Origin: a virus | Reading direction: 5' to 3' (one strand) | Virus record (IMG/VR): IMGVR_UViG_3300032315_000979 | Span: 32,001-96,000 of that record | DNA length: 64,000 nucleotides | Shown: one piece after another, positions 48,334 to 58,363 of the stretch | Position numbering within the stretch: position 1 is the first letter of the stretch | How the letters are laid out: every line of letters starts with the position of its first letter | Notes under the pieces: model-generated | Seen by the model: the letters and a program-made list of their open reading frames with translations, nothing else | Databases searched by the model: none | What the model was told of the DNA's origin: nothing | Position numbers and translations under genes: made by a program

Positions 48334-48981
48334 ATGTCATTTACATCACTTAAAACACTAAAAGACCTTGAGAAAGCCGTTGTGCCAACTCAAGGCACAG
48401 CAAAGGGAGTAAAGAAATACTTTACTCTTCAATCAGGCGATTCGTTCAAGATTCGCTTTAGACAGGAACTCACAGAAGACGCTAAGTTTTTTGATGAGGA
48501 AATCGGAACTGGTATTTCAGTCCCAGTAGTTACATCACCAATCAACTGGAAGTGGAGAGTTGCATCTACCGCTTCGTTTGAGAAGTTTAACTATCGCTGT
48601 TGGGCTACTGAGCAGTCAGTATCTGATAAGGCTTGGAGACCTAAGCCGCACCTGTTGATTAACATCGCAGTTGAAGTTGAGCCAGGAGTTTGGGAACCAC
48701 GAATTCTTGACACTACATTCAACCAGCGCCATGTTGGTCTTACTTTGATTGAGTATGCTAAGGAGTTTGGAACAATTACAGACCGTGAGTACAAGTATTC
48801 ACGAACTGGATCTTCAGCTTCTGATACTAACTATAGCCTTATCCCTTTGAATGTTTCTGAAGCAACAAAGGTAATCAAGGATTTGCCAATGCATGATTTG
48901 GAAAGTGTTTACATGACTCTTCCATATGAAAAGCAACAGATTTTCTTGACAACTGGTGAGCTAAATAAAGATAGTTGGTGA
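48334..48981 (+). CDS. Single-stranded DNA-binding protein (T4 gp32-like)
   Basis: L..GDS.KIRF...ITDREYKYSRTG....DT.Y.LIP. Position after primase, SD AGGAG, followed by a terminator. Confidence 0.65.
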   Translation: MSFTSLKTLKDLEKAVVPTQGTAKGVKKYFTLQSGDSFKIRFRQELTEDAKFFDEEIGTGISVPVVTSPINWKWRVASTASFEKFNYRCWATEQSVSDKAWRPKPHLLINIAVEVEPGVWEPRILDTTFNQRHVGLTLIEYAKEFGTITDREYKYSRTGSSASDTNYSLIPLNVSEATKVIKDLPMHDLESVYMTLPYEKQQIFLTTGELNKDSW

Positions 48982-48993
48982 TTGTTATTCATT

Positions 48994-49018
48994 GGGGAGG
49001 GGGAAACCCCTCCCCTTT
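48994..49018 (+). terminator. Rho-independent terminator
   Basis: GGGGAGGGG-gaaa-CCCCTCCCC followed by TTT. Confidence 0.8.
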
Positions 49019-49032
49019 AACAAAGGATTTTT

Positions 49033-49557
49033 GTGAAGCGTAAGTCAATTGTTCTTGACCTTGATGGCGTAATTGCCGATATTGATACTGCAATATCTAA
49101 TTACCTTCATTACAATTTTGGTGTAAATGAAGACTACAGTAGCTGGTTAATTTCTGATACAAAAGATAAAGAAGCGTTAAAGCTATTTTCTGATGAATTG
49201 TTTTGGAAGAATCTTATTCCGTTTGAGGATGCTTGGTATCAAATTAATAAATGGTTTTCGGATGATATTGATGTCCACATTGTAACAGCAAGAAGAAGAG
49301 AGGCTTCTGTGAGAATGACAGAGCCCTGGCTTGATGCATGGAGAATTAATACTCTCAGACCTAAGTTTGCGAAAATAAATAAAAAATATGAAATTGTTTC
49401 TGAGATTCAACCAATTTTTATGGTTGAAGATAATCCTCATGAAGTTATTTCTTTAAGAAATCACGGTATAAACTGCTATCTCCGAAAAGCATGGTACAAT
49501 AAACCTTTCTGGAATGATTTACCTTGTATTGAAAACCTTTACGAATTGGAGATTTAA
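49033..49557 (+). CDS. HAD-family 5'(3')-deoxyribonucleotidase-like protein
   Basis: DLDGVIAD, IVTAR, K, VED motifs. Confidence 0.8.
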   Translation: MKRKSIVLDLDGVIADIDTAISNYLHYNFGVNEDYSSWLISDTKDKEALKLFSDELFWKNLIPFEDAWYQINKWFSDDIDVHIVTARRREASVRMTEPWLDAWRINTLRPKFAKINKKYEIVSEIQPIFMVEDNPHEVISLRNHGINCYLRKAWYNKPFWNDLPCIENLYELEI

Positions 49558-52500
49558 GTGACAGAGTTTGTCCACTTGCATTGTCATAGCGAGCACTCGC
49601 TACTAGACGGAATGTCAACACCTGAAGAGATCGCACAAATGTCAAGCTCTAACGGTCAGTTTGCTGCAGCAATTACAGATCACGGAACAATGGCTGGAGT
49701 TCTTAGATTTCAAGATGCGTGTCAGAAACATGCTGTGCGACCAGTTTTTGGTGTTGAGGCATACTTTGTACCTTCAGTAAAAAATGACGGTGATGGTAAG
49801 CATGAGAGATTTCACTTAATTCTTCTTGCAAAAAATAATATTGGTCTTAATAAGTTATTTAAAATGTCACAAATTGGTTGGCAAGATAACTTCTACTACA
49901 AGCCAAGAATTGATTTTGATCTCCTAGAGGATATGGTTGATGATGACATTATTGCACTCTCTGGTTGCAGAGGAAGCTCTATCTCAAAAGCAATTGAGGC
50001 TGGGGATTATGGGCGGGCAGAACAATTGTCCGAAAGATTTGTTAAGATTTTTAAAGACGATTTTTACTTTGAACTACAGGCTTGGAATCCCAAAGAGATT
50101 AATGATGGATTGCTTGATTTAGCATCATCGTTTGGGAAGAAGGCGGTAGCAACTGCTGACTGCCATTTCCCAACACATGCAGACAAAGGTGTAGAAGAAG
50201 TTCTCCTTCTTGTATCCCAGTACCCAAGTATTGGTGCTCAAACAATTAATGCTGCAAAAGAAAATCTTGCAACACTACATACTTGTGGTCCAGATTTGAT
50301 TGACAGAGTTAATCACCTGTACCCTGATAGGTATTTGCGGTTTGATGATATCAATCCATATATTGCTGACGCTACAACTGTGCTTTCTTGGTTTAAAGAA
50401 GCTGGGTATGATAGGCAGGATATTCTAGAAAATACAATTGAGGTTGCAAGTAAGTGTAGTGCTGAGATTGTAAAGAGAAGAAATCTTCTTCCAAAGTACA
50501 TGAAGTCACTTAACTCAGACGAGTATCTATCCGAACTTACAAACTTTAGATTGAAAGAACTCAATCTTGGTGATGAGTACAAGACAAGGCTTGATGAAGA
50601 GCTTGGGATTATCAAACAACTTGGATTCTCTGATTACTTCCTAATTGTATGGGATTTGATTTCCTGGGCTGATGCGAATGGTATTGGTCGTGGTACTGGT
50701 CGTGGTTCTGTTGGTGGTAGCGTAATGGCATTCCTTCTCAACATTACAAAAGTAGATCCAATCAAATACAATCTATTGTTTGCACGATTCATTAACCCTG
50801 ATCGTAACGACTATCCTGACATTGACTTGGACTTTGAAGATAAGCGTAGAAATGAAGTTAAATCTTATTTAAGAGAAAGATGGGGGCGTGACAATGTTGC
50901 TGCAATCACTACTTATGGTACTTTTAAGCCTAAGTCGGCTATTAAAGATGTTGCTAGAGTTCTTCAAGTTTCATATGAAGAGACTAATAACATCACTCCT
51001 TTTTTTGAGACAATTGAGGAGCTTATGGAATCGTCTAAAGGTAAGATATTTTGTAATAAGTATCCAGATGTTCCAAAAGTTGCTAAAAGACTAGAGGGAA
51101 GAATTAGAAACGCTGGTGTTCATGCTGCTGGCATGGTTGTTTCATCTATTCCACTAAGTGAAGTCTGTCCGATTGAAACAAGAAAAGAAACAGACGGTGG
51201 AGAGCGTGTAATGGTTACGGCATTTGATATGACGGATGCAGAAGCTGTTGGGCTTATTAAGATTGACATCTTAGGTCTAAAGACCGTATCTGTAATTAAA
51301 GACTGTCTAGCGAAGATTAAAGAGCGCACAGGGCTTGATGTAGAGGCTCAATCATTGTCACTTGACGACCAAGCGGTATTTACTAACTTCAATAACGGTA
51401 ATACCGTAGGCGTATTCCAAACGGATGCTGCAGCATATAGGAACCTAATTGAGCGAATGGGAATTGATGACTTCAAGGATCTTGTTGTATCAAATGCGCT
51501 GGTTAGACCAGGAGCTTTGCTTTCGCAGGGTCAGAAGTATATTGATTGCAAGAAAGGTTTTACCGAGCCCTACTATCCTGATAAATCAGTAAAGGATATT
51601 CTTGAAGAAACATATGGTACTGTAATTTTCCAAGAGCAATTAATGCAAATGTCGGTAAAGATATCTGGTTTTACATGGTCTGATGCTGACAAGCTAAGAA
51701 AGATTATCGGAAAGAAAAGAGATGTTGCAGAATTCAAGCAGTATAAAGATAAGTTTATCAATAATGCAATCATTCCAAAAACAGAGGCAAAGCAAATGTG
51801 GTCTGAGTTTGAAATGTCTGCTCTATATATGTTCAATAAATCACATGCTGTAGCATATTCAATGCTTTCATATCAAACAATGTGGTTGAAAGTTAACTAT
51901 CCACTTGAGTTCATATGGTCTCTTCTATACAACGAAGATTCGTCTGAAAAAATTACCGCTTACTTGATGGAAGCTCAGAGACTAAAGATTAATATTCTTC
52001 CACCAGATGTTAACTATTCGGAAGAATACTTTACAACATATGACAAAGATGGAGTAGAGGGAATCAGATTTGGTCTGTCAAATGTTGCTGGTTGTGGTGC
52101 ATCGGCTATTAAAGAAATTACATCTAAGAGACCATTCAACTGCTTAGATGAATTCAACAACAAATGCTCTAAATCCGCTGTTAAAGCTCCGCTTAGAGAA
52201 AACTTAGAAAAGGTGGGTGCCTATGCGTCACTTAATCATGTATCTCAATATCAGCACGAAAGATACTATCTCCCAGTCCTGGGCTTCTCCATCCAGTCGG
52301 GTGAAGAAAAGAATGAGATGGATGAATTCGTTGGTAATCTTGCTGATTTCCATGAAATCAATTCTTCATTAACTCTTATTAAAGCAATTGTTAGATCAAC
52401 AAAGAAAACACCTCAGTATCTGAGAATTGAATTTGAAGATCACTCAGGTTCAGCTACCGTGTTTGCGGATAGAAATACTGAGATGGCAAATAGAGATTAT

Positions 52501-52956
52501 GTATACGCTTTGATTGGAGATAGAACACTTCATTCTTTCTGTGATGCTTATAATTTCATCGGCTCAGACTTGCATAAGTTTATTACTCTTAGACAAAAGG
52601 GTGATAATCATGAATACAACTGGCTGTATGATACTGGTCTTGGTCATGTTGATGAAGAAAAGACTCTTATGTATGTTATGCACTCAAGAGTCTTTACAAC
52701 ATCAAAAGATAAGACAATGGCTAACATGTATTGCTGGGATGGAAAGCAGATATTTAAGGTTGTTATTTTCCCTAGACCATATACCAAGCTCAAGGGTATT
52801 ATCAAGCAGGGACAATGGTATGCAGCAAGGCTTTCAAAGATTGAGGAAAAGCAAACTCTAACTCGTATGGACTCATACAAGGTGGAATCTGACTCTGCTA
52901 TTATTAGCATTGAAAATTATATTGAAAGAAAAAATCTGGTCAAAGCTATTGTCTAA
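49558..52956 (+). CDS. dnaE: DNA polymerase III alpha subunit
   Basis: PHP domain HLHCHSEHSLLDG, GRGSVGGS, PDIDLDF, HAAG, KIDILGL, FNKSHAVAY. Confidence 0.95.
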   Translation: MTEFVHLHCHSEHSLLDGMSTPEEIAQMSSSNGQFAAAITDHGTMAGVLRFQDACQKHAVRPVFGVEAYFVPSVKNDGDGKHERFHLILLAKNNIGLNKLFKMSQIGWQDNFYYKPRIDFDLLEDMVDDDIIALSGCRGSSISKAIEAGDYGRAEQLSERFVKIFKDDFYFELQAWNPKEINDGLLDLASSFGKKAVATADCHFPTHADKGVEEVLLLVSQYPSIGAQTINAAKENLATLHTCGPDLIDRVNHLYPDRYLRFDDINPYIADATTVLSWFKEAGYDRQDILENTIEVASKCSAEIVKRRNLLPKYMKSLNSDEYLSELTNFRLKELNLGDEYKTRLDEELGIIKQLGFSDYFLIVWDLISWADANGIGRGTGRGSVGGSVMAFLLNITKVDPIKYNLLFARFINPDRNDYPDIDLDFEDKRRNEVKSYLRERWGRDNVAAITTYGTFKPKSAIKDVARVLQVSYEETNNITPFFETIEELMESSKGKIFCNKYPDVPKVAKRLEGRIRNAGVHAAGMVVSSIPLSEVCPIETRKETDGGERVMVTAFDMTDAEAVGLIKIDILGLKTVSVIKDCLAKIKERTGLDVEAQSLSLDDQAVFTNFNNGNTVGVFQTDAAAYRNLIERMGIDDFKDLVVSNALVRPGALLSQGQKYIDCKKGFTEPYYPDKSVKDILEETYGTVIFQEQLMQMSVKISGFTWSDADKLRKIIGKKRDVAEFKQYKDKFINNAIIPKTEAKQMWSEFEMSALYMFNKSHAVAYSMLSYQTMWLKVNYPLEFIWSLLYNEDSSEKITAYLMEAQRLKINILPPDVNYSEEYFTTYDKDGVEGIRFGLSNVAGCGASAIKEITSKRPFNCLDEFNNKCSKSAVKAPLRENLEKVGAYASLNHVSQYQHERYYLPVLGFSIQSGEEKNEMDEFVGNLADFHEINSSLTLIKAIVRSTKKTPQYLRIEFEDHSGSATVFADRNTEMANRDYVYALIGDRTLHSFCDAYNFIGSDLHKFITLRQKGDNHEYNWLYDTGLGHVDEEKTLMYVMHSRVFTTSKDKTMANMYCWDGKQIFKVVIFPRPYTKLKGIIKQGQWYAARLSKIEEKQTLTRMDSYKVESDSAIISIENYIERKNLVKAIV

Positions 52957-53678
52957 TGAAGTTAACTATATACATTCCTACATATAAAAGAGAATCTCTT
53001 GATGCTTGCTTAAATAGTATTGCATCACAGCACAATGACCATGTTGAAATTATTGTCTCTGATAACGACCAGGATGGCTCTGCGGGAAACATAGTTTATA
53101 AATATAAAGATTATGTATCTGAGTATTCAATTAGAAAACAAAATATTGGCTGTGATGGAAATTGTTTACATGGAATCACAGCTGGTGATGGAGAATATGT
53201 ATGGGTCGTTGGGGATGATGACATTATCCTACCAGGGGCTATAGATACTATTTTATCAATGCTTGATGGAACAGACCGCATAATGCAATTTTCACCGTAT
53301 TCTGGTGAAGTAACACCTGGGTTTTCTGGTACAATGTCTGGGTTGATAACTACACTTAATGATAAATCATTTTTAATTGCTGCGACATTGGCAAGTATGA
53401 ATGTGTGGAGAAGGGATGCTATGGACTTTAGAACAGGAGTAAAGCACTTGGATTCTAGAAATGTTTTGGCTTGGGCTGGTCTCAACTGCAAGACAGTTAG
53501 TATTCCAAGTACTCCAACAGTTTTGGTTAATGATACTAATCATTTTGAATTTAGGGATTTTGATCGGGTTATGTTTGAATACTCAGATGCACTAGCTGAT
53601 GCTAATAGTGTTGAGAGATTTACTTTTTATAATGCAAATAAATGGAATTTCGTTAGCGCTTCATTGGAGAAAAAATGA
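52956..53678 (+). CDS. Glycosyltransferase family 2
   Basis: LTIYIPTYKR, EIIVSDN, NIG...N, GEYVWVVGDDD. Confidence 0.85.
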   Translation: MKLTIYIPTYKRESLDACLNSIASQHNDHVEIIVSDNDQDGSAGNIVYKYKDYVSEYSIRKQNIGCDGNCLHGITAGDGEYVWVVGDDDIILPGAIDTILSMLDGTDRIMQFSPYSGEVTPGFSGTMSGLITTLNDKSFLIAATLASMNVWRRDAMDFRTGVKHLDSRNVLAWAGLNCKTVSIPSTPTVLVNDTNHFEFRDFDRVMFEYSDALADANSVERFTFYNANKWNFVSASLEKK

Positions 53679-54109
53679 TTGTATATACAGGTGGAACATT
53701 TGATCTATTTCATTCGGGTCATAGTAGATTACTAGAGAGATGTAAGAAAATAGCTGGCGTTGATGGTCAAGTAGTGGTGTCAGTTAACCCAAGCGAGTTC
53801 TGCTCTCAATATAAAGAACCACCAATTTGTGATTTGTTTGAAAGAATGGAAGTTGTGTCTTCTTGTAAATGGGTGGATAAAGTTATCATCAACACAGGTG
53901 GGGCTGACTCAAAACCTGCTATCCTAGAGGCAAAAGCAGATGTCATTGTTGTCGGCTCAGATTGGGAAACCAAAGACTATTTTAAACAAATGGACTTTAC
54001 CCAAGAATGGCTTGACGAGCATAATATTAAAGTTGTCTTTGTTCCTTACAGTGAACATATATCAACAACAATTATTAAATCAAGAATTCTAGACAGAATG
54101 TTTCAATAA
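53675..54109 (+). CDS. Cytidylyltransferase (TagD/RfaE-like)
   Basis: GGTFDLFHSGH, WVD.V, GSDW, ISTT.IK. Confidence 0.9.
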   Translation: MIVYTGGTFDLFHSGHSRLLERCKKIAGVDGQVVVSVNPSEFCSQYKEPPICDLFERMEVVSSCKWVDKVIINTGGADSKPAILEAKADVIVVGSDWETKDYFKQMDFTQEWLDEHNIKVVFVPYSEHISTTIIKSRILDRMFQ

Positions 54110-54118
54110 AGGAGAAAT

Positions 54119-55033
54119 ATGTTAATTGTAGATAAGCGTAAAGGGCACACAATGCCCATTCATGATGTTATTCCAACTCCCAGCATCGGTTTGAATCGGG
54201 CTTTAGGTGGCGGACTTAATACTGGTGCGACTCACTTGTTTTGGGGTACTCCATCGGTGGGTAAAACGACTATGTGTTTTCGGATTATTGCCGAAGCCCA
54301 AAAGCTTGGGTATCGCCCCGTTATCATTGACTCGGAGTCATCTTATAATGATGAGTATGCTGCCAAGTGCGGGATTAACATTGAAGATGTTGTAATCATT
54401 CAATCAACGATTGTAGAAGACATCATGAAGAATCTGATCGGATATCTGACGGATGATAAGGAGAAGCATATCTTCTTGTTTGACTCGCTGTCTAACATCA
54501 TCAAGGAAGAGTTCTATGATAAGCCTGAAGGTGGTAAAGCAATGGGCTTGCAATCACGCTCGCAGGGCTACCTGTTGCAGAAGCTGGTGAACTATCTCCA
54601 TAAGGAGCGCAACATCATGTTGTTCGTTGCTCACCAAACAGTTGACTTGAGCGGAATGTTTGCTATCACGAAAGCCAAGATGGGCAACACGGTTCACCAT
54701 AACATGCACAACATCGTCAAGTTGTTCTTGTCAATGTCAAAGGGTGAAATGGAGCGTGAGGAGAATAACATGATCACCTCGCAACGAGCGACTTGGACTG
54801 TTGAAAAGACAAAGCAAATTCCTACCATCGGGGCAACGGGATATTATTATGTTCTGCCACAAGAGGGAAGAATTGACCAAGAGCGTGAGATTATTGATAT
54901 TGCCATTGAGATGGATATTATTCAACGCAAGGGTGCCTGGTATAACTATGAAGAAAGCAAATGGAATGGTATGGGCTCAATTGAATTGACTGCCAAACAG
55001 TCAAAGGATATCCTCAAGCTCATTAATGCGTGA
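54119..55033 (+). CDS. recA: RecA/UvsX-like recombinase
   Basis: TPSIGLNRALGGG, Walker A GTPSVGKT, IDSE, FDSL, I..KGAWY.Y. Confidence 0.9.
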   Translation: MLIVDKRKGHTMPIHDVIPTPSIGLNRALGGGLNTGATHLFWGTPSVGKTTMCFRIIAEAQKLGYRPVIIDSESSYNDEYAAKCGINIEDVVIIQSTIVEDIMKNLIGYLTDDKEKHIFLFDSLSNIIKEEFYDKPEGGKAMGLQSRSQGYLLQKLVNYLHKERNIMLFVAHQTVDLSGMFAITKAKMGNTVHHNMHNIVKLFLSMSKGEMEREENNMITSQRATWTVEKTKQIPTIGATGYYYVLPQEGRIDQEREIIDIAIEMDIIQRKGAWYNYEESKWNGMGSIELTAKQSKDILKLINA

Positions 55034-56286
55034 TATTTTCAATCCATACTGATCAGCATATTAAAGATGCAAAAAGTATATTTGGCTACGCCTATGGATA
55101 TAACAACATTGTAAAGCACTTTAATCAGTTCACCTACTATGGGAAGCAAATGCAGGTTGTTGATAACGATCCGTCTGCACAGGTTCAGATGTTTTATATG
55201 GAACCAGAATGGCATCACCATATAACTGGTCAGGATTTTCGTCAGCCTGGATTTAAAAAACATCATGACCATCAGTACAAGATTAATGGTACATACCTAG
55301 AAGCAACCAAAGCTTGGGAATGGTGGATTCCCACCATGAAAACATTTGATGAGATCTGGGTGGGCAATCAATTCTCTGCAGATGCAGTTGCTAACTCTGG
55401 TGTTGATACCCCTACATACATCTTTGAATTAGGCGTTGATGATATGTGGACACCTTTTAAAAGAGGAAATCGGGGAAAGATTAGATTCCTTCATGTTGAC
55501 TCCGATAGTGCTCGCAAGAGAGCAGATCTTGTTGAAGCAGCCTTTCTTAAATTATTCAAGGGTAATGATGATGTTGAACTTACATTAAAGTATCACGGCG
55601 ATGGAAGTCCAGATGGTTACAGCGTCATGAGTCTGTTTAATCAATCTGCTGAGAGTAATGTTAAGAAGATATTTAAAACTATTACGCAAGAAGAGATGGT
55701 TCAGCTATATCACGATCATGACATCTTGGTGTACCCAACAGAGGGTGAAGGGTTCGGGCTAATCCCTCTCCAGGCATTAGCAACAGGTATGCCTACCATT
55801 TCAACAAGTAGATGGTGTTCGTATGAAAAATATCTTGGTGACAATATTATTGAATCAACGCTTGGTAAAACACAACACTCTGGTTATCATACTGGCGATG
55901 TTATTCTTCCAGACTTTGACTCAACCGTTGAGTTGATGAAGAATGCGGTTGATAATTTTGATGCTCAGTGTGATTACTATTATAAGCAAGCTCCTAAGGT
56001 CATTAAAGAATACAACTGGCAGTCTCAGTGTGACAAGATGCTTAAGTCTTTAATTAAGCGTGTTGGGATAAGTATGTTTGAACCAATTGAGGGCGTAGTC
56101 AGGGATAAGTACATATATCTTCAAAGCGGGGCTGGATATAGCACAGGCAATGATGTAAAATTCTCAAGAGAGAAGCCGATACAAAAGGTTTCCGATGATG
56201 AGTATAATTCTTTAATTAGAAATCCTAATTTTAGAAAACCAACCGATCAAGAGATTACAAAATATTTAGGAGGCTATAATGGATAG
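55030..56286 (+). CDS. Glycosyltransferase family 4 with an extra C-terminal domain
   Basis: DEIW, RKRAD, LY..HD..VYPTEGEGFGLIPLQALATGMPTI, YNW. The C-terminal ~55 aa resemble ORF 400-699. Confidence 0.9.
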   Translation: MIFSIHTDQHIKDAKSIFGYAYGYNNIVKHFNQFTYYGKQMQVVDNDPSAQVQMFYMEPEWHHHITGQDFRQPGFKKHHDHQYKINGTYLEATKAWEWWIPTMKTFDEIWVGNQFSADAVANSGVDTPTYIFELGVDDMWTPFKRGNRGKIRFLHVDSDSARKRADLVEAAFLKLFKGNDDVELTLKYHGDGSPDGYSVMSLFNQSAESNVKKIFKTITQEEMVQLYHDHDILVYPTEGEGFGLIPLQALATGMPTISTSRWCSYEKYLGDNIIESTLGKTQHSGYHTGDVILPDFDSTVELMKNAVDNFDAQCDYYYKQAPKVIKEYNWQSQCDKMLKSLIKRVGISMFEPIEGVVRDKYIYLQSGAGYSTGNDVKFSREKPIQKVSDDEYNSLIRNPNFRKPTDQEITKYLGGYNG

Positions 56287-56620
56287 TATGGAGTTTAATA
56301 ATTATCAGTTTCGTGCGGCAAAGACCGCCATTTACCCTAAAGAGGGCTTACAGGGGCTCCTATACACCTCTCTGGGGCTCGTATCAGAGGCTGGTGAGGT
56401 CGCTGGGAAGGTTAAAAAGGTGCTCCGTGACGATCAGAGCATCATTTCTCCAGACCGTCATGAGCAGCTCGTAGATGAACTTGGTGATGTGTTGTGGTAT
56501 TGCGCAATGGTTGCAGATGAATTAGGAATCACTCTTGGCTATGTTGCTATGAGAAATATAGATAAGCTAGAGGATCGGATGAATCGTGGTAAAATCCAGG
56601 GTTCAGGAGATAACCGATAA
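56279..56620 (+). CDS. MazG-like nucleotide pyrophosphohydrolase
   Basis: LGLVSEAGEV..KVKK..RD, ELGDVLWY, N..KL..R..RG.I.GSGDNR. Confidence 0.9.
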   Translation: MDSMEFNNYQFRAAKTAIYPKEGLQGLLYTSLGLVSEAGEVAGKVKKVLRDDQSIISPDRHEQLVDELGDVLWYCAMVADELGITLGYVAMRNIDKLEDRMNRGKIQGSGDNR

Positions 56621-56662
56621 TTATTGCACGATTACAGTAGTTATGAGATCCTATAACTACCT

Positions 56663-56839
56663 ATGGTTGTATCAAAAAAGAAATTAATCAAAGATGTCTC
56701 TAGATTAGAAAAAAAGCTTAGAGAAACTGAAAGCAAACTGCTTGCTATTCGTGTACAATACATCTTGATGAGAGCAGATCGTAATCGTCTGAAAGAAGAA
56801 TTAGGTGAAGAGAACAGAGAAGGAAGAGATCAAGCGTGA
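56663..56839 (+). CDS. 58-aa coiled-coil hypothetical protein (not in the ORF track)
   Basis: MVVSKKKLIKDVSRLEKKLRETESKLLAIRVQY... fills the intergenic gap. Confidence 0.5.
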   Translation: MVVSKKKLIKDVSRLEKKLRETESKLLAIRVQYILMRADRNRLKEELGEENREGRDQA

Positions 56840-57107
56840 CAACGCCAAGGCTGTCAAGAATTCGGGTCGGGGGCTTAGGAAAGGGGATGCTTCTCTTCAT
56901 AAGTTTTTGGTTGATTATAAGCATAATGAAAAAACTTTTACGCTAACCATCAAAGCTTGGACTAAGATGAGAAAAGATGCATGGAATGCAAACTATAAAT
57001 ATCCATGCATTTCTGTTGTTTTCGGAGAGAACTCTGAGTCAAAGGTCGCTATAATTGACTGGGAAGTATTCCAGGATTTAATTAAAGGAAGCGAATATGA
57101 AGCTTAA
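56805..57107 (+). CDS. PD-(D/E)xK Holliday junction resolvase-like nuclease
   Basis: E......KNSGRG..KGDA.....LVDYK. Confidence 0.75.
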   Translation: MKRTEKEEIKRDNAKAVKNSGRGLRKGDASLHKFLVDYKHNEKTFTLTIKAWTKMRKDAWNANYKYPCISVVFGENSESKVAIIDWEVFQDLIKGSEYEA

Positions 57108-57273
57108 ATTTTGTTGCGATAAACTATCTGGTCACAAGAGTCTTGGTATAAACCTTGATCATGATGAATTCGCTATTGGTGTAAATCTTATATTTTGGTT
57201 TGTTGGGATTGCAAAAGTTTATCCACCATATCAAGCTTTAGTTAAAACAGAGGATCTAAGAAAGGATATTTAA
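57097..57273 (+). CDS. 58-aa hypothetical protein (not in the ORF track)
   Basis: MKLKFCCDKLSGHKSLGINLDHDEFAIGVNLIFWFVGIAK... TAATG coupling to the next gene. Confidence 0.5.
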   Translation: MKLKFCCDKLSGHKSLGINLDHDEFAIGVNLIFWFVGIAKVYPPYQALVKTEDLRKDI

Positions 57274-57590
57274 TGCCAGATATTATTGTTGACCCTGAAG
57301 TTCTTGCAGCGCAGATGGGTGATAAGTCAGAAGAGTTTATTAAATGCTTGGGTATTGTCCAAGACATTATTGAGAATCCACAAGATTATATTGGTATGCA
57401 AGCTATTAAGTATGCAAACATCTTGGCTGGGTATAGAACGCTTATGATTGTGAAATCACAAGCCTTTAAAAGAAGATCTACTATTATGAGCGAACAAGAT
57501 AAGTTTGTTAATGATATTTGGAAAACAATGTACGAAGCACTAACTGAAAACATCAATGCCTTAAAACTGGCAGCAAAAGGAGTAAATTAA
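57273..57590 (+). CDS. Helical hypothetical protein (possible recombination mediator)
   Basis: Lies between the resolvase and Cas4-like genes. Ends ENINALK. Confidence 0.55.
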   Translation: MPDIIVDPEVLAAQMGDKSEEFIKCLGIVQDIIENPQDYIGMQAIKYANILAGYRTLMIVKSQAFKRRSTIMSEQDKFVNDIWKTMYEALTENINALKLAAKGVN

Positions 57591-58340
57591 ATGAAGGCAC
57601 TAAAGCAATTAAGAACACCGAAAGCGGTAGCTCCCGAAGGTGGTGAGGTTGTGATGAAGGATTTAGTTGAGGCTATCAATGATCATCTTGCTCTTAGAAA
57701 TACAACAAACTTTAAGAAAGTCAATGGTTTCCACCCTAGTTATACTAATCAGTGCGCTAGGTACTGGTATTACATGTTTGAAGGGGCAAATGTAACACCT
57801 TCATTTAGCTCTCAGACATATCGTATTTTTGATAATGGACATGCTGTTCACGAAAGGCTTTATAGTTATCTCAGGGATATGGGTATTCTAGTTGCTGAAG
57901 AAATTAAGGTAACTCATACAGATCCACCAATTGAAGGTACTGCGGATGGTATAATTAACTGGTATGGTGAAAAACTAATTGAGCTGAAATCAATCAGTCA
58001 AGAAGGTTTTCATTATAGACAATTACATAATAAACCAAAAGATGAACATTACCGACAAGCCCAGATTTACATGGAATGCCTGAACCTAGATTCTGGCTTT
58101 GTAATTTACGAAAACAAAAACAATCAAGAGATTCTCCCTATCTTTATTGAGAGGGATCAACCTTTTATTGACAAACTATTTAAAAAGTATAGGAAGTTCT
58201 ATGGCTCATATTTGAGTCAAGAAATTCCTGTCCAGCCTTACAAGAGGACATCGGCTAACTGTAACTCTTGTGATTTGGCTGCTCTCTGCTGGGCAGAAGG
58301 AGTACAGGATTATGAAGGAAAAGGGGAAGAGCCCTTCTAG
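57591..58340 (+). CDS. Cas4-like exonuclease (solo, not CRISPR-associated)
   Basis: PS...QCAR, G..VHE, G.ADG, ELKS, QAQIYM, C..C.....C. Confidence 0.85.
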   Translation: MKALKQLRTPKAVAPEGGEVVMKDLVEAINDHLALRNTTNFKKVNGFHPSYTNQCARYWYYMFEGANVTPSFSSQTYRIFDNGHAVHERLYSYLRDMGILVAEEIKVTHTDPPIEGTADGIINWYGEKLIELKSISQEGFHYRQLHNKPKDEHYRQAQIYMECLNLDSGFVIYENKNNQEILPIFIERDQPFIDKLFKKYRKFYGSYLSQEIPVQPYKRTSANCNSCDLAALCWAEGVQDYEGKGEEPF

Positions 58341-58363
58341 ATTTAATTTATGTGAACGGGTAG

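Noticed and set aside
49558-52956. Inteins or introns in dnaE (also checked in dnaB, recA and terL)
   Set aside because: Lengths are normal, the ORFs are uninterrupted, and no intein splice or LAGLIDADG motifs were noticed.
57591-58340. Cas4-like gene as part of a CRISPR-Cas system
   Set aside because: No repeat-spacer array or other cas genes were seen. Solo Cas4-like nucleases are common in phage recombination modules.
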